A DNA stretch of 62,850 nucleotides, counting the filler, from Nemertoderma westbladi (Eukaryota > Animalia > Xenacoelomorpha), in assembly GCA_032718475.1 (NCBI GenBank). It is 4 parts of 4 records of this genome, joined end to end, with 100 filler letters (N's around TTAATTAATTAA, not from the genome) between each part and the next. Parts side by side here need not be neighbours in the genome. Positions count along the whole stretch, not along the records: positions 1 to 21,802 come from JAUCBJ010002352.1; positions 21,903 to 43,367 come from JAUCBJ010003807.1; 2 more parts are not named here. One strand, 5' to 3'. Positions 11,840-21,913 of the stretch are shown here, piece after piece. A program made the translations under genes and the position numbers. Each line of letters opens with the position of its first letter. The stretch's first letter is position 1. Below the pieces are notes generated by a model that was not told where the DNA came from, did not search any database, and saw nothing but the letters and a program-made list of their open reading frames with translations.

Positions 11840-14010
11840 TACATAGAGAACAAAAATACTTCCTTTTTGTTTGCGGGTGCTGACCTTCATTCCCTGTAAT
11901 ATTTACTATCCCTGTATTTCCATAATCTTCTTCGCACAAAAATACTTCCAGTTGTACCAGTAGGTATGCCTAAGACACATTTAATCATTTAAAGGCCATC
12001 AAATCAGCCAACAGCTCTAAATTCTATCGAATTGTACGGTTGGTTATACAATGTAGCATAAATAGACCGAATTATTATCAGCAATGACTGAGGGGTGACA
12101 CAATCGTCTATTCTAGACCATTTGAGACGCCACACGGCATATCTATATTGTAATCTAGAAACTCGCCAACTGTGATAAAATTGCGGATTTACGGAAGCAT
12201 TTGGTCAACCCGTGGAGACCCAGACACTGTGCCAAAAAAGAGATTCATCTTTAAAAGGTCTGACGTGTTCATTCCAACCTGGGAGGATTGGCTTATCAGC
12301 GGAATTGGATGTACGAACATGGTGTGCATTAATATTTAGACACCCAGATGCACATTTGTCAATTATAGTATTTTTAGTATTTTTTAAGTTTTTTAGTTTT
12401 TAGTATTTTTAGCACCAATTCTATGACTAATTTAACACAAAATATGTCTGTACAATTAATACAAGCATCAGTAACTGAATCAATACTTAAATTGCCTAAA
12501 ACATCATATAATTTATTCTTAAACAACCGTTGCTGGTCAGTCGATGCACGAATAAAATTAATATTACTTTTACTGGTAGCAGTGGAAGAATGTTCTCCAA
12601 CATGTAATGTATCAGTTAAATGCAGCTTTAAGAAAATGGGGCTATGTCCTGATAAATTAGCACCAAAATGTATAATACCGGCGTTAAACACATTACCGAA
12701 AAAATTATTGGTACTAACAAAATGATTGTAGACAGACTAGCAACTGTATCACTGAAAAAAGAGTAAGTAAAATTAACAGCAAACAAATCCCATAAAGACG
12801 ATAAATAGTTATCCATAATAAATTGATTTACTATATGTACATGTATAGAGAATAATCTCAAAAAGTTAGTGTTTAAGTCACCCGTTAATAAAATATCACA
12901 GGCACTATTAACATTATCAATTACCCGACTAATATCGCTCAGAACCTCTAAAAGTATGTCAGAGACCTCATTAGTTCTAGAATCAACTGGAAAATAAGAA
13001 TTAATAATAATTATTGGCTTCATATTGGGTAATGTAACCTTAATACCTTGTAACCTAGAATTATTAATTATAATAGGTGAAATATACATAGACTATAATT
13101 TTTACAAAATTATAATTAATACAAAACATAAGCCACCAATCGGCCTGCCTGTCTGTGCTGTGTCATTTGCATAAACAGCTGGCTGTATTATAGTATTATA
13201 ATTAGAAAAAGCCTTTCGTAATATATACGAGTTCTCATGCAAAACAAAATGTTCCTACAAACACAGGATATCAGTACCCAATAGTAGAGTATGCATAAAA
13301 TCAACTTTATCCGGAGAGATACCGGTACTATTGAATGAAGAGATGCATAAAACCTTGTCGGTAATCAATGGAGTTAAGGGTGAGTAAATATTAGCCATGA
13401 TTAATTAATATTAGAAAATGCATAATAAAGTAAGTATAAATCTAATATAAAAATTATATGAAAAGAATAGACAATAAATTGCATATACTCGATCAACCTA
13501 TCCATTCTGCTGTGAATGGCCCCACCTCTGAGTCTGGACCTTGATTATCCCAATCTTTCGATAGTCCCATTTCCTAACGCATATACCTTGCATCCATATT
13601 TCCGCACTTTCAAGCTTGAGAGCGGGGACACTGATCCGAAAGCTCTGCATTTTAGAATCAACATGGGATATTTTCTATATATCTGATGCTTTAATGTTAA
13701 CACCTCTGACCTCTCTGAGATCGTCAACTAGGTCAGCAGGTGAAATCGATGAATCCACTCTAAATACAAAGATGTCAGCCAGAGCAGCGCGTGTTTTACG
13801 TGTATATGAGGATGATCCGGAAGGCTGGATCGTACCGACTGTACCAACCCGGACCGGACCGTACCAACAACATGGTGGAGTTAAGTCTGCATCTGTGATA
13901 TCTTGGAATCACGAAATCATTGCCAATAACTTGAATGTCGTGGGTCTCGGTACCGTCATTGTCCTGCGAAGAAGAAGCAGAAATTCGGTGTCTGTTTATC
14001 CCTCGTTCCT
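11840..14010 (-). mobile_element. Decayed APE-type LINE: ORF1 C-terminus plus ORF2 endonuclease and linker
   Basis: ORF1 RRM-like DIFVFRVD...SFRISV...WMQGICVRKW (about 13560-13780). APE motifs NSYFP, TGDLN, SGHSPI. Linker PGWNEHV...LFWHSVW. Stops and frameshifts present. Confidence 0.75.
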
Positions 14011-14014
14011 TTAG

Positions 14015-15829
14015 GTCCATAGGTCTATAGATAAATTTTTATCAACAGTATATTGTTTACAGATTTCATTTATCTCACCTATAAATTCATTTAGCCAGCT
14101 TGAAGCATTGTTTGGAGATACATCTTCTGGGTCTGTAAAGCGCAAAAATCGCAATATTTTAATAAATCTGTCTCTACCCATACAACTTGGCTTCATGAAA
14201 AATGGCTTGAAAACAGATCATGTGTCAACGAATAAATCTTGATGTTCTGTTTATGTGTTATCCCAATAAGAAACACCAATCCTAAGAACATTTTCAAAGT
14301 TGCTACAGTTATATCAGTTATATCCTTCCACAAAAATGTCCTTCCTTCCTGGCTATAATAGTGCTTTGCCCGCTTGTTTGTCCATTCAACCACACACAGA
14401 AGTGTACTGCACTGAAAAAAAGCTTTCATATAATCTATAGGACCCCAATTATTTCTGTCATGAGGACTAGTCCATCCTGGAGTTCCAGTAAACTGACATG
14501 CGGAAATTCCACAGTTTGTTTCTACCGTAACATAGTCCCATATATCTTCTGGTAGATGGAACTTGCTTCACTATATGCATCCGCACTGTTATCTTCAGTA
14601 TACTGTAAGCATCCGAGCTGTCATCATCTTCCAAACCGTCAACACCTCCTGGTGTCAGAATCTTCCATACTGCAGTCGTTGCCTGAAGAGTCTTCCTCCT
14701 CCAACTCCATATCGAACCCATAATATTTGAGACGTTTTCTCGATCATCCACTACTGGTTCCACTACTCCCACAGCCACAACATTGCATTGTAGTACTGTA
14801 TTACAGGCACATACCAGTAATTATTTATTTCAGTTGTAAGTTATAGTTCATATCCATACCTGTGTTATTTTTGTATTGCAAAAGCAAGACTGTAATGTTA
14901 TTGCAGTTTTGATTTATCGTTTATGTAACTGTAACCTGCTCCTTTTACCACAGGTACACGCATATGAACGATAACCCGGGTGTACTGTAGTAGAAATATC
15001 TACAAGGTGGTTGGGTTGGGATTACACCATAAACCTAACACTAATAATACAGTCTACAAAGTACAGAAGTAGTAGAACGACATCCAAACTCTATACATAC
15101 CTACTATAACATTTGCCTAAATGCGCTAAATACAGCAATATAGTAATAGCTAAGCACCTAATATGATCTACAAACCTGATTTATATGTATAAATCAATAT
15201 ATAATCTATATATTGATAACTAGATTTATGTAAACATGAAAACTGACATCAGAAATGAAATCAACACCCCTTAAAACCCCCATAGCGAGAATGGTAGTTA
15301 GTTTGTGATCTTTTTTAAGTTTTGACAGTCTGACTGACTGACAGACCGACAGACAGACAGACTAGATTTATGTAAATGTTACAAGTGACATCAGAAATAA
15401 AATCAGCACCCTTAAAACCCCATAGCGAGAATGTTAGTTAGTTTGTATTCTTTTTTAAGTTTTGACAGACTGACTGACAGAAAGACCGACAGTCAGACAT
15501 ACTAGATTTATGTAAACGTGAAAACTGACATCAGATATGAAATCAGCACCCCTTAAAACCCCCATAGTGAGAATGTTAGTTAGATTGTATTCTTTTTTAG
15601 TTTTGACAGACTGACTGACAGAAAGACTAGATTTATTTAAAAGTGAAAACTGGCATTAGAAATGAAATTACCGACTTTAAAACCCCCAGAGCGAGAATGT
15701 TAGTTAGTTTATATTCTTCTTTAGTCTTGACAGACAAAATGACAGAAAGACTGACAAACTTCAGATTTGTGATTTTAGTTTAGGCTTTTGGGGCACTAAT
15801 AAAATCTTGCTTTAGGTGCGAAAAAAGGG
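14015..15829 (-). mobile_element. piggyBac transposon, left end and decayed transposase
   Basis: Fragments EWTNKRA, LKMFLGLVFLIGI, MGRDRFIKILRFLRF, LSID. Terminus AAAGGG|TTAA at 15829. Confidence 0.8.
15219..15760. repeat. Subterminal tandem repeats (about 125-140 bp, 4 copies) of the piggyBac element
   Basis: ACTAGATTTA...TAAAACCCC(C)ATAGCGAGAATG recurs at about 15219, 15361, 15501 and 15626. Confidence 0.85.
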
Positions 15830-15940
15830 TTAATGAGATTGTATGAAATTTCAAACAGAAATAGTTTAAACTCTAGCCTCCTTACTGGGTGAATCATAAT
15901 TTTTATTATTAATATATCAAACGACCCTATTGGGGCTCGA

Positions 15941-15984
15941 ACCTGGTACCTAGGTTTCAAACTTCCTGTTATCATCAGCCGGGT
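15941..15984 (-). ncRNA. Minimal type I hammerhead ribozyme, copy A
   Basis: Minus strand ACCCGG-CTGATGA-TAACAGGAAGTTT-GAAA-CCTAGG-TA-CCAGGT, with palindromic stem III. A box upstream and B box overlapping the 3' end. Confidence 0.65.
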
Positions 15985-16086
15985 GTGTGTACTGAGCTAC
16001 AAGATCGGATGAAGATTTCGCTATGGAGTGGGATATCATATTTAGGCCAACTACTTCTCCATCCAATCTGGTAGCTCAGTACACAC

Positions 16087-16130
16087 ACCCCGCTGATGAT
16101 AACTGGAACTTTGAAACCTAGATACCGGGT
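16087..16130 (+). ncRNA. Minimal type I hammerhead ribozyme, copy B (degenerate)
   Basis: ACCCCG-CTGATGA-TAACTGGAACTTT-GAAA-CCTAGA-TA-CCGGGT. A box TAGCTCAGT at 16072. Confidence 0.6.
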
Positions 16131-18673
16131 TTGAGCGCAAATAGGGCCGTTTGATATATTTCGCTATGGAGAGCATTATCATATTGTCCTATTACATTAT
16201 ATATAAACTTTTATTATTGCTTTCATTCTTTAGCTAAAAGCACTTAAAAAAAATTATCACTGTCGATATTTTACCAGCCGAATTGAAGTAACCTTATGGC
16301 AACTGGCTGGTACCACCAGTGTAGCAGTCTACTGCTCTAGCATACCGGCGGACTGGCAGACCGGTACTATCTGACTATACCAGTATACGGCTGTACGGTA
16401 CACTATACTACATATTAAGCCTATCAGCATATTCCGGCTGATCGGTACCATATGCCAGTCAGATAGTAGGCTAACTAGAAAATACAGCAAGACTGCGACA
16501 GACTGTAGCAGCAATTTTAAATCTTGCCTATTGTTAATTTTTCGTACTATGACGATCACACACCAGACGTCAGAAATAAGATGAAAAGCCTAATCTTGAT
16601 TGTCTGGTATAAAGCGGCGTATGTGATAGTCTGTTGTTTGCTGGTTAAGCTGTTTAGTATTTCCCACAACGCACAATGATTCCATCAAATACAGTAAGAC
16701 AGGCAGGCAGATAGGAGAAAAGTAATAATTATCTGACTGACCGAAACTGAAATCTGACTGTATATCTGTATAATAATGCAGTAATGCGAATATATATCAT
16801 ATAGGCATGAAATTATGTACTGATGTATGTGTGGTACGAAAAATACTGGCGGCACTGCAGTAGTAACCTATCAACACGGTACACTACTGGTTACCAGACA
16901 ATACTGAAAACACTGAAGCTTGGTAGTATGCTTCAGATGCGGGAATAGCGTCGCTAGAGGGCGAGTGATTTCCACACCCTATTGAATTGTTTATTCATAA
17001 TGGAACTCCGCGATTTCTTGGAGGTGTTCTGGAATGCCTGTCGATACCTCCACAAAATCAGAGTGTTATTCTTCACAATGGCCTCTACTACATTTAGACT
17101 ATAGGGACTGCATCTACAACGATATTTTGATGGAACGACAGCTAGCTATTCCTTCCAGGACATCTAAGCCAAGGAAATTCATAATCTTGAAATTTCAATG
17201 AATTCCACCTTCAAACATTTCGAATCATTAATATTTGTAAAGAAGGTGGATCACAATCTATCAAGCTCTCTACTGTCCCATTTTTCCGGCCAATCTAATA
17301 TGAGATGCTCCTCGCACAGAGACTGTCTTCTGACACATCAACGCCTCTCAAACGAGTGAGTCTCTCTGCTCTATCTCCAACTGTAATCAAAGGGCGAGAT
17401 GGCGCTGTCCTTGGGGTCTTCCCTTTGTACACTGCCGTACAGGTTTGTGCTTCAAACATGGGAAGGAACAACTTAAGACAGGGCAGGATGTCCATATACA
17501 ACGTAATACAACTCCCCATGTTGATGACGTTATCCCCGATGGCAACATTGCAGATAGAGAGTCACCAGTCGCCGGTGAGGATCCATTGAATATATTCCTC
17601 GATGAGGATAATGAAGATGACCCAGAGAGGGGCTTTGACCACATTGATTTCAGTATGGGGGTTCTTGGGTGTAATGAGATAATGGATGCTGATAAGTGAC
17701 CATGGAACTCTATTAGCAAGGATGGATCAAATCCCCATCTATGATGTTAATCATTCCTCCCATATCCATCTACTCCTCAACAACGAACTGGGTGTGCTCC
17801 GTCACCATCACCAACCCCCAAATAATGCCACTTTTAATAGACTGATGCACCACATCATCTCCCTCAGCCGTGATGGAACTGTACCACTAACATACCCCGA
17901 TGGCATTCTCTATCCGACTCTGTTCTACTGCTCTAAGTTTAATTCGGTAGTTGGTGCAATGCCATCCATTATGTACAGTAGTAAAACGGACACCAAAAGA
18001 GGTCTGGCCAGTCTGGAAGACCACCTATCCATTCGACTTAGGGACAACACCATTCCCACATCCACTACGTTGTCATATATCTACGTTGTCAAAATATCCT
18101 TCGCATTTTCAACTCTGTTGAACAAACAACTATCAGTAAATTCTCCAACATTGGTTTTAAAACTGAGGTTGGAGTTCATGGTTGACACCAAGGATGTTGG
18201 CTATTTTTACCCAGAGAACAAGCTCAACTTTGATGAAATCGACGCGTGTCATAAACTAAATGAACTTGCAGCCCTAACCAAGGATGGAGTTTGGGATTAT
18301 TTTGTCACCCTTACATGCAATGATACTGAGACTCCTGGTGTAGCTCCCCTCTACAATGCCATCATCGACAGGTGTGCAGAACAACTGGAGGGGCATTTTG
18401 TCCTGTTACTCCGTGCTTGGCATAGCACCATGACTCATGTTATGGAGTGGATTATTAACAGTCCACAGCACCCACTAGGACACCCACGGAATTACTTCTG
18501 GCGCTATGAGTTTCAGGACCTGAATGCCCTGGGTAATAAACCACATGTCCATATGGGGATAACTTTACATCCAGAGGCCAAGTCGGACACACTCAGCTGA
18601 CTTTAGAGGGATTGTGATATTAATATGAAAACAATAAAATAGGACATGGGGTCTTATTCCCTCAGATAAGAGT

Positions 18674-18741
18674 TTCGTGGCACACTGGTGATGAGGAGAA
18701 CCACGAATCCCAGGGTTCAGTGTTTAAATCTCCGAAACCCT
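18674..18741 (+). ncRNA. Permuted hammerhead copy 1 (core mutated CTGATGA>GTGATGA)
   Basis: Same layout as copy 2 with a C3G change and a truncated 5' helix. Confidence 0.6.
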
Positions 18742-19319
18742 TTTATTTTTATAAAATTTATTACTTAGACTTACCTTTTCGGCGGACAAAATGTCCTATA
18801 TTTTTCGTAATTTATGGGATAGCCTATTTTGTGCAATACATATGGTTTGGTGTAATTTTTCTTGTGGTAGTTGGGTTGGGTTATGTAGCACTAAAATCGA
18901 TTTGGTATTTTGTTTTTTGATGGGCCTTAGTGCCTGAGTACTAACAGTGGCCCAAGTGGCCCTAAATGCTAGGTAGTATCTGAGGGAATAAGACCCCATG
19001 TCCTATTTTATTGTTTTCATATTAATATCTCAATCCCTCTAAAGTCGTGGTTGTCAAACATCATATAATTATATATTTACAGGGGTATTTCCTGACATCT
19101 GCGCAATTTTGTTTAAAAATCTGATCATTTATCTGTAAATACCGGTAGGTGCTAATGGGGGTTGGTTGCATTCAGTGGGAAATCATGTTTATGCATTTGG
19201 GGCTGATGGTAACATACATTGGGGGTGGGTGGTTTCAACTCTGTTTGGTGGTACGGTAGGATTTCTAATTTATTGGTCATTGTCTTAATTTAGTGGTGCA
19301 GTTTTGTTAGGGTAGGGGT

Positions 19320-19391
19320 GGGGTTCGTGGCACACTGCTGATGAGGAGAACCACGAATCCCAGGGTTCAGTGTTTAAATCTCCGAAACCCT
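19320..19391 (+). ncRNA. Non-circularly permuted hammerhead ribozyme, copy 2 (intact)
   Basis: ACACTG-CTGATGA-GGAGA ... AGGGT-T-CAGTGT ... TCTCC-GAAA-CCCT. All three stems are perfectly complementary. Extra helix GGGGTTCGTGG/CCACGAATCCC. Confidence 0.8.
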
Positions 19392-19990
19392 TTTATTTTT
19401 ATAAAATTTATTACTTAGACTTACCTTTTCGGCGGACAAAATGTCCTATATTTTTCGTAATTTATGGGATAGCCTATTTTGTGCAATACTTACCGGAACC
19501 TGTAGTTACTGTATGGTTTGGTGTAATTTTTCTTATGGTAGTTGGGTTGGGTTATGTAGCACTAAAATCGATTTGGTATTTTGTTTTTTGATGGGCCTTA
19601 GTGCCTGAGTACTAACAGTGGCCCAAGTGGCCCTAAATGCTAGGTAGTATCTGAGGGAATAAGACCCCATGTCCTATTTTATTGTTTTCATATTAATATC
19701 ACAATCCCTCTAAAGTCGTGGTTGTCAAACATCATATAATTATATATTTACAGGGGTATTTCCTGACATCTGCGCAATTTTGTTTAAAAATCTGATCATT
19801 TATCTGTACATACCGGCAGGTGCTAATTGGGGTTGGTTGCATTCAGTGGGAAATCATGTTTATGCATTTGGGGCTGATGGTAACATACATTGGGGGTGGG
19901 TGGTTTCAACTCTGTTTGGTGGTACGGTAGGATTTCTAATTTATTGGTCATTGTCTTAATTTAGTGGTGCAGTTTTGTTAGGGTAGGGGT

Positions 19991-20062
19991 GGGGTTCGTG
20001 GCACACTGCTGATGAGGAGAACCACGAATCCCAGGGTTCAGTGTTTAAATCTCCGAAACCCT
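19991..20062 (+). ncRNA. Non-circularly permuted hammerhead ribozyme, copy 3 (intact)
   Basis: Identical to copy 2. Confidence 0.8.
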
Positions 20063-20661
20063 TTTATTTTTATAAAATTTATTACTTAGACTTACCTTTT
20101 CGGCGGACAAAATGTCCTATATTTTTCGTAATTTATGGGATAGCCTATTTTGTGCAATACTTACCGGAACCTGTAGTTACTGTATGGTTTGGTGTAATTT
20201 TTCTTGTGGTAGTTGGGTTGGGTTATGTAGCACTAAAATCGATTTGGTATTTTGTTTTTTGATGGGCCTTAGTGCCTGAGTACTAACAGTGGCCCAAGTG
20301 GCCCTAAATGCTAGGTAGTATCTGAGGGAATAAGACCCCATGTCCTATTTTATTGTTTTCATATTAATATCACAATCCCTCTAAAGTCGTGGTTGTCAAA
20401 CATCATATAATTATATATTTACAGGGGTATTTCCTGACATCTGCGCAATTTTGTTTAAAAATCTGATCATTTATCTGTACATACCGGTAGGTGCTAATTG
20501 GGGTTGGTTGCATTCAGTGGGAAATCACGTTTATGCATTTGGGGCTGATGGTAACATACATTGGGGGTGGGTGGTTTCAACTCTGTTTGGTGGTACGGTA
20601 GGATTTCTAATTTATTGGTCATTGTCTTAATTTAGTGGTGCAGTTTTGTTAGGGTAGGGGT

Positions 20662-20733
20662 GGGGTTCGTGGCACACTGCTGATGAGGAGAACCACAAAT
20701 CCCAGGGTTCAGTATTTAAATCTCCAAAACCCT
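20662..20733 (+). ncRNA. Permuted hammerhead copy 4 (GAAA>AAAA plus stem mismatches)
   Basis: G12A change, CAGTGT>CAGTAT, CCACG>CCACA. Confidence 0.6.
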
Positions 20734-21801
20734 TTTATTTTTATAAAATTTATTACTTAGACTTACCTTTTCGGCGGACAAAATGTCCTATATTTTTCGT
20801 AATTTATGGGATAGCCTATTTTGTACAATACTTACCGGAACCTGTAGTTACTGTATGGTTTGGTGTAATTTTTCTTGTGGTAGTTGGGTTGGGTTATGTA
20901 GCACTAAAATCGATTTGGTATTTTGTTTTTTGATGGGCCTTAGTGCCTGAGTACTAATAGTGGCCCAAGTGGCCCTAAATGCTAGGTAGTATCTGAGGGA
21001 ATAAGACCCCATGTCCTATTTTATTGTTTTCATATTAACACTCAGCCGAGTCTGCTGCCAATCAAAGAGTTTGTTTAACGAATCTTTTGGCACATACTTT
21101 GGGATCCTTGTTTGTGAAGGGGTATTAGACATCAAGAAATCCCCAAGTTCCTTAACCACCTCCAATATTTACAGACCCACAACTGCCATTCCAGTGGGGG
21201 GCGCTGTAAGAAGTATACAGACAGCTCGGGGAAACCAAAATGCCACTACACCCGGTATCCAGAACATAGTGTGCCCTTTTTTAAGGAACAAGTGGGGTTG
21301 TACCAGCAGTCCACATTGTGCAAATCTGTGATTACAGAATGCAGAAAGCCTATCTTCTGAAATATGAGGTTGGTAAAGAAGAACACACGAAATATATTCT
21401 CAAAGAATCACCTGAACCAGGTAAGTTTGTTGGCCATCGACCAATTGTGAACGAGAAGATCACTGGAGACAGGATTGCTGAGGAGAAGAGGACAAAGAAG
21501 GACAAAGAATTCACTACGAGAAATATCGGGGTACCTGAACTTGTGTTTCACTGCCTTAATCTGGAGTACTTCTATATGAATGTACAATTCCTACACATAC
21601 AAAGTGTAATTCCCGAGAATAGAAGTGGGTTTATCCATAAATAAGAAAAACAAACTTCTTATAGATAATGATCAACTCAAACCCATAGTTGAGAGAGCTG
21701 CACTTCCAGTTGCCAGACAGTTCACACCATCTCAGGAACTGCTCATTAAAGATTATATAAACAGCTAATATTGCGCAGACTACATTACTAAGTTTAACCT
21801 G

Positions 21802-21902
21802 ANNNNNNNNNNNNNNNNNNNNNNNNNNNNNNNNNNNNNNNNNNNNTTAATTAATTAANNNNNNNNNNNNNNNNNNNNNNNNNNNNNNNNNNNNNNNNNN
21901 NN
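21802..21902. other. Assembly gap with artificial six-frame-stop spacer TTAATTAATTAA
   Basis: N-run / TTAATTAATTAA / N-run, the same at all three gaps. Confidence 0.95.
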
Positions 21903-21913
21903 CGACGGATAGG

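Larger units (their letters stand above)
18598..21037 (+). mobile_element. Non-autonomous Penelope-like/retrozyme insertion: inverted 5' piece plus about 3.5 tandem 671-bp units, each with a hammerhead
   Basis: TSD ACACTCAGC at 18589-18597 and 21038-21046. 18599-18668 is the reverse complement of a unit segment. Periods are 650 (21-bp deletion), 671 and 671. Confidence 0.85.
17000..21801 (+). pseudogene. Helitron/Helentron-type HUH Rep pseudogene, split by the 18598-21037 insertion
   Basis: Motif 1 YFVTLTCND, motif 2 YFWRYEFQ...GNKPHVH, QTHNC...RC, motif 3 YLLKY. The frame TLS|RVCC resumes after the TSD. Left boundary approximate. Confidence 0.75.

Noticed and set aside
19320-19391. Canonical type III hammerhead reading using the upstream GGGGTT
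   Set aside because: Stem I would be only about 4 bp with a bulge and a 3-nt loop, and this strand pairs much better with CCACGAATCCC. Kept only as the alternative hypothesis.
18720-20262. Repeated 66-73 aa hydrophobic ORF (MFKSPKP...)
   Set aside because: It starts at a GTG inside the ribozyme, which is mutated in copy 4. T-rich composition explains the hydrophobicity, and the repetition only reflects the tandem unit.
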